DNA of 64,000 bases from NCBI GenBank assembly GCA_027491915.1, contig JAOZGC010000002.1:512001-576000 (forward strand), in the 5' to 3' direction. Position numbers and translations under genes: made by a program. This document shows positions 18,475-26,684 of this stretch, one piece after another (position 1 is the stretch's first letter; each line of letters starts with the position of its first letter). A model generated the notes under the pieces. The model saw nothing but the letters and a program-made list of their open reading frames with translations. It was not told the origin of the DNA and did not search any database. This DNA comes from Thermoproteota archaeon. GTDB taxonomy: Archaea; Korarchaeota; Korarchaeia; Korarchaeales; Korarchaeaceae.

Positions 18475-18740
18475 CTCCCGTCCGCCGCCGCGGGGGAGAG
18501 GAGGGAGACTATCCTCCTGACCTCCGGCCTGTCCGTCGCCAGCTCCACTATCCTGACCCTCCCGAGCCTCCTCTCCCTGACCACCCCCTCCTCGGCCAGG
18601 AGCCTGACGTGGCCGACGGTGGTCTCGTAGCTGAGGCCCGCCTCCCTGGCCAGCCGGGTTACGTTGAGGCCGCCGGCCCTGGCCAGGATCCTCAGTATCC
18701 TGACCCTCCCCCTCGATCCCAGCACCCTCTCCAGGTCCAC
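18471..18740 (-). CDS. Small ArsR-like winged-helix protein
   Basis: VLGSRGRVRILRIL..LNVTRLAREAGLSY..H...L.E.G. Confidence 0.8.
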   Translation of the reverse strand: MDLERVLGSRGRVRILRILARAGGLNVTRLAREAGLSYETTVGHVRLLAEEGVVRERRLGRVRIVELATDRPEVRRIVSLLSPAAADGR

Positions 18741-18822
18741 GCGCCGCCTCCCCCCGGTTGCTGATATTATTTCGCCGCACCCTCCCCGACCCGGCGGCCC
18801 GCCCGCGCAGGCCCCCGGCGCG

Positions 18823-20082
18823 TCACATCGACCTGGCGGCGGCCAGGACGTCCAGCAGCGCGCGGACCGTCGAGACCCCCGCCGCGCCGAGCTCGCTTCT
18901 GGCGATCCCGATCAGCCCCTCCCCCCTGACCTCCTCCCTCACGTCGAAGGACCTCGAGGCTGCGGCCACTATGACCCTTGGGTAGGACGAGTAGAGCCTG
19001 GGGTTCTCCATGAACCTGGCGGCCGCCCCGAACCTCTCGAAGGTCCTCCCGACGGGACCCTCCCGGAGGGCCCTCGGGTAGGATAGCAGGTCCCCCGAGG
19101 CCGCGGCCTCGGCCGCCAGCCTACCGGACTCCAGGGCGAAGTCCATCCCCCTGACCGTGATCCCGAGGTTGGCGGCCAGCCCGGCGGCGTCCCCCACGGC
19201 CGCGACCCCGGGGCCGGCCGCCCTGACCCTGCCGTACTGGGTCTCGGGGAGGGAGTGGGCGGAGTACTCCACCAGCCTGCCCCCCCTCAGGTAGGAGGCT
19301 ATCCTGGGGTGGGACTTGAACCTCTCGAGGACCTCCCAAGTCCTGGCCCGCGCCTCGCCGGCCGAGTAGGCCCCCAGCCTGAGCGTCACCCCGACGGAGA
19401 TCGTGTCCCTGTTGGTGTATACGAACCCCCCGCCCGGGATCCCGCCGGTGAAGTCGCCGAGGTAGAGCTGGGCCGACCCCTCCCCGCTGGAGAGGCCGAA
19501 CCTGTCCTCTATCTTCTCCTCAGGCAGCTCCAGGACCTCCTTCACCCCGACCGCGAAGTCCCGCGCCCTGGTAGGGGGCCTGAGCCCGGCGGCCTCGGCC
19601 AGGAGCCCGAGGGCCCCCTCGGCCAGGATCGTGACCGGCGCGGCTATCCTGTCCGGGCCGGCGGCTATCCCTGTCACCCTCCCGCCCTCCACCACCGGGG
19701 CGTCCACCCTGATCCCGCTGACCAGGGTGACCCCCTCTCCCTCCGCCACCTCGGCCAGCCAGGAGTCGAACCTGGGCCTGAGGAGGGTGTACCCCTGCCC
19801 CGCGGCCCTCTCCCCCCTCCCCACCTGGAACTCGACCCAGGAGTCGCGCCAGAGGAATCCAAGGACCTCCCTGGTGACCTCCCTCTCTAGGGGAGCCTCC
19901 CCCCTGAACCCCGGGACCAGCTTCTCCAGGGCCCAGGAGTACATCCTGCCGCCGAAGACGTTCTTGGTGCCCGGCCTCTCCCCCCTCTCCACCAGCAGGA
20001 CGCTCATCCCCCTGCGCGCCATCTGGAGGGCGGCGGCCGACCCCGCCGGCCCGGCCCCGACCACCACGGCGTCGAAGGACAA
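18823..20082 (-). CDS. fixC: FixC-type ETF:quinone oxidoreductase
   Basis: VVVGAGPAG, ERGERPGTKNVFGG, GGGFVYTNRDTISVG, GDAAG, RGMDFA. Confidence 0.9.
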   Translation of the reverse strand: MSFDAVVVGAGPAGSAAALQMARRGMSVLLVERGERPGTKNVFGGRMYSWALEKLVPGFRGEAPLEREVTREVLGFLWRDSWVEFQVGRGERAAGQGYTLLRPRFDSWLAEVAEGEGVTLVSGIRVDAPVVEGGRVTGIAAGPDRIAAPVTILAEGALGLLAEAAGLRPPTRARDFAVGVKEVLELPEEKIEDRFGLSSGEGSAQLYLGDFTGGIPGGGFVYTNRDTISVGVTLRLGAYSAGEARARTWEVLERFKSHPRIASYLRGGRLVEYSAHSLPETQYGRVRAAGPGVAAVGDAAGLAANLGITVRGMDFALESGRLAAEAAASGDLLSYPRALREGPVGRTFERFGAAARFMENPRLYSSYPRVIVAAASRSFDVREEVRGEGLIGIARSELGAAGVSTVRALLDVLAAARSM

Positions 20083-20086
20083 CGGA

Positions 20087-21043
20087 TCACCGCCCGCCCC
20101 TGAGGACCTCTATCAGGGCAGGGAGGAACTCGTACAGGTCGGCCACGACGGCGTAGTCGCTGGCCCCGACTATCGGGGCGTTGGGGTCCTTGTTGACCGC
20201 CACTATCACCTTGGAGTCCAGGGCCCCGGCCAGGAACTGCATCTGCCCGGACACGCCGACCGCCACCATCAGCCTGGGCGAGATCCTCACCCCGGATATC
20301 CCTATCCAGTCGGAGCCGGGCAGCCAGCCAAGATCGGCCACCAGCGGCCTGGTGGCCCCGACGGCCCCTCCGAGCGCCTCGGCCAGCTCGAAGGCCAGCC
20401 TCAAATCCTCCCTCCTCTCGAATCCCCGGCCGGCAACCACCACCACCTCGGCGTCCTCCAGCCTGACCCCGGACCTCTCCCTGGGCCTCCTCTCCACGAT
20501 CCTCACCCTGTGATCGGCCCCGGGATCCTCCAGTCGCACGACCTCGGCGGCTCCCCCGGCGGTCCCAGAGGCCTCGGCCGGCGGGAACCTGCCGGGCTGG
20601 ATGGCCAGCACGGCCGGCGTGTCCACCTCCTCCGAGGCGATTCCCTTCCCGCCGAGGACCATCCTCTTGACGGTCAGAGAGCCGCCCGCCGACTCCAGCC
20701 CCACGACCTCGGTGGACGCCCCCCCTCCTAGGAGCTGGGCCAGCCCCCCGGCCACCTGCCTCCCTATCCGGTCCGAGGTCAGGAGGACGTAGTCGGGCCT
20801 CTCCCTACCTATCCACGCCCTCAGGGCCCTGTCCACCGAGAAGGCGTCGGTCGGATCTGACCACTCGGCGACGACGATCCTGCCGACCCCCGTGCTCGAG
20901 GGGGTCCTCAGCCTCTCCTCCCCCGCCGGTCCGGCCAGGAGCAGGTCCACCCCGTCCAACCCGCCGCCGGTCGCGACCGACGCCGCCGATATGAGCTCCA
21001 GGCACCTGTCGTCGTCCGGCGAGAATACCAGCGCCCGGGTCAC
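20087..21043 (-). CDS. fixB: Electron transfer flavoprotein alpha subunit
   Basis: VVAGRG, GATRP, IGISG, GVSGQMQF, AVNKDPNAPI. Confidence 0.92.
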   Translation of the reverse strand: MTRALVFSPDDDRCLELISAASVATGGGLDGVDLLLAGPAGEERLRTPSSTGVGRIVVAEWSDPTDAFSVDRALRAWIGRERPDYVLLTSDRIGRQVAGGLAQLLGGGASTEVVGLESAGGSLTVKRMVLGGKGIASEEVDTPAVLAIQPGRFPPAEASGTAGGAAEVVRLEDPGADHRVRIVERRPRERSGVRLEDAEVVVVAGRGFERREDLRLAFELAEALGGAVGATRPLVADLGWLPGSDWIGISGVRISPRLMVAVGVSGQMQFLAGALDSKVIVAVNKDPNAPIVGASDYAVVADLYEFLPALIEVLRGGR

Positions 21044-21044
21044 C

Positions 21045-21845
21045 TCAGATCACCCCCGCCCGCCTCAGCTCCTCGACGAGCCTCTCCGCGGCCTCCCTGG
21101 GGCTCTCCGCCTCTATCACGACGCCCCTCCTCTCCACCCTCGGGGACACCACGGACGACACCCTCACGCCTCTCCCCGCCCCCGGACCCGGCAGGCCCAG
21201 GTCCGAGAGGCTCAGGACCTCCAGGGGCTTCTTCCCGGCCTGGAGTATCTGCATGAGGGTGGGGATCCGGGGCTTGTTTATCTCCTGGGTGACCGAGATC
21301 ACCGCGGGGAGGTCGACCTCGACGACCTCCTCGAAGTCTCCGACGGCCCTCCTGACCCTGACCGACCCCCCGCCGCCGACCTCCACCCCGTCGGCGTAGG
21401 GGACGTAGGGCCACCCAAGCTCCTGCGCCAGCCTCCCGGGGACCAGCCCCCCGAAGGAGTCCTCGGTCCCCTCCCCAGCCAGGACGAGATCGAACGGCCC
21501 CCTGGCCCGCAGGGCGGCCGCCAGCGCGGCCGCGGTGAACCCGGTGTCGGCCCCCACCGCCGCCTCGTCGGCCACCAGGACGAACCGATCGGCCCCCATG
21601 GCCAGGACCCTCTTGGCCGCCTCCCTGGCCTCCCTCATCCTCCTGGAGAGGGGGCCCCAGTTCAGGACGGAGAAGGCGGTCACCGACCCCCCCACCCTCT
21701 CCCTTATGGAGACGGCCTCCTCCACGGCGTTCAGGTCTATCTCGCTCACCTTGGTGGGCGCCTGGTCCACCCTCGGCGCCTCGCCGGGCTCGGCCCTCAG
21801 GCCCTCGACGTCCAGCGCGAGCTTCACGAGCGCGGCCACGTCCAT
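21045..21845 (-). CDS. fixA: Electron transfer flavoprotein beta subunit
   Basis: DLNAVEEA, LAMGAD, ADT..TA, NKPRIPTL. Confidence 0.92.
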   Translation of the reverse strand: MDVAALVKLALDVEGLRAEPGEAPRVDQAPTKVSEIDLNAVEEAVSIRERVGGSVTAFSVLNWGPLSRRMREAREAAKRVLAMGADRFVLVADEAAVGADTGFTAAALAAALRARGPFDLVLAGEGTEDSFGGLVPGRLAQELGWPYVPYADGVEVGGGGSVRVRRAVGDFEEVVEVDLPAVISVTQEINKPRIPTLMQILQAGKKPLEVLSLSDLGLPGPGAGRGVRVSSVVSPRVERRGVVIEAESPREAAERLVEELRRAGVI

Positions 21846-21919
21846 GCCCGACCCCGCCGGCCGCGGGACGGTATGAAAAAAATTATACCCATCGGGGGGA
21901 AGGGCGGCCGGGGTGCCCC

Positions 21920-22201
21920 TTGGCGGGGGTGGACGCCAAGCTGGCGGTGGACAGGTTCGTGCTGGACGAGGAGCCCCACATCAGGGTGGTGGACCACGGG
22001 GTGTGCGCCTCGTGCGAGTCGAAACCCTGCGTGCCGGTCTGTCCGGCCGGGCTGTACGAGTGGAGCGAGTCCGAGGGCAGGATGATCCTCTCCCACGAGG
22101 GGTGCCTGGAGTGCGGGGCCTGTCTCCTGGTCTGCCCCCACCGGAACCTGGACTGGTCCTACCCGAGGGGCGGGTTCGGGGTCAGGTACTCCTATGGATA
22201 A
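21920..22201 (+). CDS. fixX: FixX ferredoxin
   Basis: PHI, C..C..KPC..VCPA, CLECGAC..VCP, WSYPRGGFGVRYSYG. Confidence 0.9.
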   Translation: MAGVDAKLAVDRFVLDEEPHIRVVDHGVCASCESKPCVPVCPAGLYEWSESEGRMILSHEGCLECGACLLVCPHRNLDWSYPRGGFGVRYSYG

Positions 22202-22241
22202 CGGTTAAATCTTTGACCCGTTTCCGCCCCCGGCGATCCTC

Positions 22242-23441
22242 ATGGTGGATTTCTCCTTCAGCGAGGAGGAGGAAGTCTTCAGGCAGAGCCTGAGGGATCT
22301 TCTGGCCGAGATCCTGGCCCCGAGGGCCAGGGAGATCGATACGGAGCGGAGGATACCGGACGACGTCATAAGGGCCCTGGCCGACAACGGAATCCTTTGC
22401 ATGACCATGAAGCCGGAGCACGGGGGGAGCGGGGCCAGCTGGGTCTTGGGGACCATAGCCATAGAGGAGATAGCCAGGGCCGATCCCAGCGTCGCCACCG
22501 CTGTGTTCGTGCTGGTCGAGAACTCCTGGGGCAAGATCCTGGATCTCTACGGCAGGGACGACGTGGCCAGGGAGGTCCTCTCCGCCGCCGCCAGGGGGGA
22601 GGGCTTCGTCGGCATAAACTCCACGGAGCCCCAGTCCGGGTCCGACGTGGCCGGGTTCACCACCAGGGCCGTCAGGGACGGGGACCACTGGGTCATAAAC
22701 GGGGAGAAGGCCTTCATCAGCGGGATAGCCGAGGCCCAGAGGCTGGGCGGCGGCTACATCACCGTGGTGAAGACGAGGCCGGAGGCCGGGAGCAGGGGCA
22801 TAACCCTCTTCTACGTCCCCATAGACGCGCCGGGCATAACGGTCGGGTTCTACGAGGACATGGGGAGGAACGGCCTCAGCACCGGGTGGATGAAGCTGAA
22901 GGACGTCAGGATCCCCGACGAGTACAGGATAGGCGAGGTGGATCAGGGGTTCAAGCTGGCCATGGAGGGGTTCAACAGGGCCAGGATATTCGTCTCGGCC
23001 GGGTGCCTCGGGTCGGCCGAGGCCATGCTGGAATACACCGCGGAGTACGCCAGGAACCGAGTGGTCTTCAACAGGCCCCTGGCCAAGTTCGAGGGGATCC
23101 AGTTCCCGCTGGTGGACGCGTGGACCGAGCTGGAGGCCACCAAGCTCATGATATACAAGGCGGCCTGGGCCATGGACCAGTACGACGCCGGGAGGGCCAC
23201 CCTGTGGGAGGCGGCCAGGTGGGCCGCCATGGCCAAGCTGCTGGCCCCCGAGAGGTCCGTGGACGCCATAAAGGAGTTCATGAAGGTGGCCGGGGCCTAC
23301 GGCTACACCAAGGACTCCCCCCTGGAGATGGCCTTCCGCGGCGTCATGAGCTACTTCGTGGGGGCCGAGGGCGGCCAGAACATAATGAGGCTGATCCTGG
23401 CCAGGGAGCTCGTGGGGAAGGAGAACCTGCCCTACAAGTGA
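22242..23441 (+). CDS. Acyl-CoA dehydrogenase
   Basis: TEPQSGSD, INGEKAFIS, F.RPL.KF.GIQF, GAYGY, EGG..I.R. Confidence 0.93.
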   Translation: MVDFSFSEEEEVFRQSLRDLLAEILAPRAREIDTERRIPDDVIRALADNGILCMTMKPEHGGSGASWVLGTIAIEEIARADPSVATAVFVLVENSWGKILDLYGRDDVAREVLSAAARGEGFVGINSTEPQSGSDVAGFTTRAVRDGDHWVINGEKAFISGIAEAQRLGGGYITVVKTRPEAGSRGITLFYVPIDAPGITVGFYEDMGRNGLSTGWMKLKDVRIPDEYRIGEVDQGFKLAMEGFNRARIFVSAGCLGSAEAMLEYTAEYARNRVVFNRPLAKFEGIQFPLVDAWTELEATKLMIYKAAWAMDQYDAGRATLWEAARWAAMAKLLAPERSVDAIKEFMKVAGAYGYTKDSPLEMAFRGVMSYFVGAEGGQNIMRLILARELVGKENLPYK

Positions 23442-23553
23442 TCTCTCCGGCCCACCCCGCCCCCCTCCCCGGCCGCCGCGGGGCGGCCCGGCGGCCCCGC
23501 GCGGAGGCGGCGCGTGGTTATAACGGGTCGGTCGGGCGCAGGGGGCGGGCGAG

Positions 23554-23943
23554 ATGCCGGAGTACGAGTTCCTGCGGAGGAACGCGGAAGGATTCTACAG
23601 GAATGCCAGGCAGCTGTTTGAGGGCGGGGAGTACAACCTGGCGGCCTTCAACTTGGAGCAGGCCATGCAGCTGATGCTGAAGTACATCCTGGCCTCGAGA
23701 CTGGGGGACTTCCCCAGGACCCACTCCCTCAGGAGGCTCTTCAGGGAGGTCGGGACCCTGTGCCCCGGGCTCTGGGAGTTCTACGAGAGCAACGCCAGCG
23801 TGGTGGGAAACGTGGAGAGCGCCTACATAGCCTCCAGATATTATCCCGTCGAGTTCCAGGAGGTCGAGGTCAGGGAGATGCTCTCCGCCTACGAGAAGTT
23901 CTCGGGGGTGCTGAGGGGGTGCCTGAGAGACCGCGATCCATGA
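23554..23943 (+). CDS. HEPN domain protein
   Basis: YNLAAFNLEQA.QL.LK, FPRTHSL, YIASRY. Confidence 0.9.
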   Translation: MPEYEFLRRNAEGFYRNARQLFEGGEYNLAAFNLEQAMQLMLKYILASRLGDFPRTHSLRRLFREVGTLCPGLWEFYESNASVVGNVESAYIASRYYPVEFQEVEVREMLSAYEKFSGVLRGCLRDRDP

Positions 23944-24305
23944 TGGACGTCCAGAGGAGGGTGGCCCGGGAGGAGGGGAGGTACTTCCGGCGGCCCCTGG
24001 TGTACGCGGCCCGCGCGGCCGAGATAGCCGGGAGGATTTTGGGAGATCCCGACCTGAGGGCCTTCCTGTTCGGCTCCGCCGCGGCGGGCAGGGCCATCCC
24101 GGGCGCCAGCGACGTGGACGTCCTCTTGGTCTCTGAGAGGGCTCCGAAGACGGCGCGGGAGGCGGCGGAGCTCAGGATCAGGATACTCTCGGAGCTCGGG
24201 GACCTGGCGGCCCCCCTCGAGATCCACGTGGTCACCCCCGAGGAGTTCACGCGTCGCTGGCGGCGCGTGAGGGGAATGGTCCCGGTTCCGATCCGGGTAC
24301 GGTAG
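23940..24305 (+). CDS. Minimal nucleotidyltransferase (MNT) antitoxin
   Basis: LFGSAAAG..SDVDVL, LEIHVVTPEE; ATGA overlap. Confidence 0.88.
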   Translation: MMDVQRRVAREEGRYFRRPLVYAARAAEIAGRILGDPDLRAFLFGSAAAGRAIPGASDVDVLLVSERAPKTAREAAELRIRILSELGDLAAPLEIHVVTPEEFTRRWRRVRGMVPVPIRVR

Positions 24306-24370
24306 CCCCCCCGCCGAATGGGTCGAACAAAGTTAAATGAGGTTAACAATTCTGTTATCTCTGAGCGATC

Positions 24371-24710
24371 GTGCGTCTCCACGAGATCGGGGACATCCCG
24401 CGGGCAGGGACGTGTTCACCATAGGTCAACTCCCCGCGATCCTCGGCTCGGGGTGCCGAGGGTCCACGCCAAGGTCCACGCCCCCCGCCTCGTCGCCGCG
24501 GGGTGGGCCTGGAGTCCCATGAGGGGGCTCGTGGCCACGGCCCCACGACGACTTCATCTTGGCGACTCGCTGGTGGAGCCATCCTACGTGACGGCCCACG
24601 CCGACCTACACCTCAGGGGACTGATCGATCAGGTCCCGCTCGAAGAGGTCCGGCCAGCATCTCTAGGACCCTGTGCTGGGGCACGTCCAGGAGGGAGGCC
24701 ATCCTCTTGA
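24371..24710 (+). pseudogene. Frameshifted AbiEi-like (type IV TA antitoxin) relic
   Basis: Pieces in different frames: RDVFTIGQL..ILG / VPR..AKV..RLV.AG...RGL / DDFILA / LVEPSYV..L.LRGLIDQVP. Confidence 0.55.
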
Positions 24711-24804
24711 CGCATAGTCGGGCGCCGCGATGGTTGGCATTAAACAATTGATCAATCTCATCTGATAATATAAAAAAGCTGGCCGCGCCGCCCCGTCCAG
24801 CCGG

Positions 24805-25617
24805 TCAGACCTCCATCCTGCCGAAGGACCAGGCCCCTAGGGCCAGCATGGCGGCGGCCAGCCCGGCCGAGACCGCGGCGTCCGCCGCTGGCCCGAAGTA
24901 GCCGAGCCCCGTGAGCGCCCACCTTATCCCATCCATGGGGTAGGAGAGCGGGTTGATCCTCATCAGGACGCCCAGGGCCTCCGGCACCCCCTCCGGCGGG
25001 AAAAAGGTGGTGGACAGGAACATCAGGGGCATCACCAGGAGGTTCATCACGAGCTGGAAGCCGTGGGGATCCTCCATCTTGGAGGCCACGGCCACGCCGA
25101 AGCCCACCGCGGACAGGGCCAGGGCCAGCATGAAGGCAGCCGCGGCAGGAGTCCCCAGCGGGTCGACGGAGGCCCCCATGGCCGCGGAGGCCGCCGCTAT
25201 GATGGCCCCCTGCATCAGGGCCACCGTCGCCCCACCCAGGGTTCTGCCGAGGACTATGGACCCCCTGCTGACCGGGGCGACCAGAACCTCCTTCAGGAAG
25301 CCGAACTGCCTGTCCCAGAGCACCGATACCCCGGCGAACATGGAGGAGAACATGACGCTCATCCCCACGATCCCCGGGGCCAGGAAGGTGAGGTAGTCTA
25401 TCCCAGCCGGTATCCCCGGGATCCTCGCCCCCCTGAACCCGAGCCCGAGCCCGGCCAGGAATATGAAGGGCTGTATGACGTTGCCCAGGAGCCTGCTCCT
25501 CGCCCTGACGAACCGCTTCATCTGCCGCAGCCACATGACGTACACCGCCTGGGCCTCCGCGCCGACGTCGAAGCCCGCCGGGGGCCCCACCAGATCCCTC
25601 CCCGCGGAACCACCCAT
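24805..25617 (-). CDS. ABC-2 type exporter permease (DrrB-like)
   Basis: YLTFLAPG, DRQFGFLKEVLVAPVSR, INPLSY..DG.R. Confidence 0.92.
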   Translation of the reverse strand: MGGSAGRDLVGPPAGFDVGAEAQAVYVMWLRQMKRFVRARSRLLGNVIQPFIFLAGLGLGFRGARIPGIPAGIDYLTFLAPGIVGMSVMFSSMFAGVSVLWDRQFGFLKEVLVAPVSRGSIVLGRTLGGATVALMQGAIIAAASAAMGASVDPLGTPAAAAFMLALALSAVGFGVAVASKMEDPHGFQLVMNLLVMPLMFLSTTFFPPEGVPEALGVLMRINPLSYPMDGIRWALTGLGYFGPAADAAVSAGLAAAMLALGAWSFGRMEV

Positions 25618-25620
25618 GGC

Positions 25621-26625
25621 TCACCGCCCCCTCATCCTGGCCCTCATCCTGGCCCTCATGACCTCGGCGGGGCTCGCCTCCTCCTCCCTGATCCTCCTCC
25701 CGGTGTACCTGAGGTAGACGTCCTCCAGGCTCGGCCTCCTGATCTCCACCGAGTCCAGCGGCACCCCCGCCGAGTCGGCGGCCCTGACCAGGTCCGGGAC
25801 CCGGCGCCCCGGGTCGTCCACGTAGGCGACCACCTCGCCTTCGCCCAAGGTCACCCTGGCCCCGCCCCACAGGTCCCCGACGACGGCGGCCAGCCCATCC
25901 GGGTCCGGGGTCCTGGCTATCAGGACCCCCCCTCCGCCGAGCCCGGACTTGAGGTCCCCCGGCGCCCCCGAGACCAGGATCCTCCCCCGGTCTATTATGG
26001 CCACCCTGTCGCAGAGCCTGTCGGCCTCCTCCATGTAGTGGGTCGTCAGGAATATGGAGACGCCCTCCTCCCTCTTCAGCGTGAGGATGTAGTCCCAGAT
26101 GGCCCTCCTGGTCTGCGCGTCCAACCCCAGCGTGGGCTCGTCCAGGAACAGGACCCTCGGGTAGTGCATGAGGCCCCTGGCCAGCTCCAGCCTCCTCATC
26201 ATCCCGCCCGAGTACCTCTTGACCGGCCAGTCCGCCCTCTCCCTGAGGCCCACCAGGTCCAGCACCTCCCCTATCCTCCTCTCCCTGATCTCCCTGGGGA
26301 GGCCGTACATCCTGGCGTGGTAGTCCAGGTTCTCCCTCCCGGTCAGCTCCCTGTCGAGCGCCGGGTCCTGGAAGACTATGCCGACGCACCTCCTGACCAG
26401 GTTCGGCGACCCGACGACGTCGTGCCCGCACACCCTGGCCGACCCGCCCGTGGGCCTGAGCAGGGTCACGAGCATCTTTATCGTGGTGGTCTTCCCTGCC
26501 CCGTTGGGCCCCAGGAACCCGAATATCTCCCCCTCGGCCACCGAGAAGCTGACCCCGTCGACGGCCAGCACCCCTCCCTCGTACACCTTCGTCAGGCCCT
26601 CGGCCTCCACCACGGCGCCGCCCAT
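25621..26625 (-). CDS. ABC exporter ATP-binding protein (DrrA-like)
   Basis: GPNGAGKTT, YSGGM.RRLE, LFLDEPT, TTHYMEEA. Confidence 0.95.
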   Translation of the reverse strand: MGGAVVEAEGLTKVYEGGVLAVDGVSFSVAEGEIFGFLGPNGAGKTTTIKMLVTLLRPTGGSARVCGHDVVGSPNLVRRCVGIVFQDPALDRELTGRENLDYHARMYGLPREIRERRIGEVLDLVGLRERADWPVKRYSGGMMRRLELARGLMHYPRVLFLDEPTLGLDAQTRRAIWDYILTLKREEGVSIFLTTHYMEEADRLCDRVAIIDRGRILVSGAPGDLKSGLGGGGVLIARTPDPDGLAAVVGDLWGGARVTLGEGEVVAYVDDPGRRVPDLVRAADSAGVPLDSVEIRRPSLEDVYLRYTGRRIREEEASPAEVMRARMRARMRGR

Positions 26626-26627
26626 CG

Positions 26628-26653
26628 TATCGGAACCGATATTAAGCCGATAT
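26628..26653. promoter_or_regulatory. Palindrome TATCGG-AA-CCGATA plus an extra CCGATAT half-site at the exporter start
   Basis: Lies between the ATG (26625) and the AT-rich TATA region. Confidence 0.5.
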
Positions 26654-26684
26654 AATTTTTTCCCGGGGCCGGCCGGCCCCCCGG

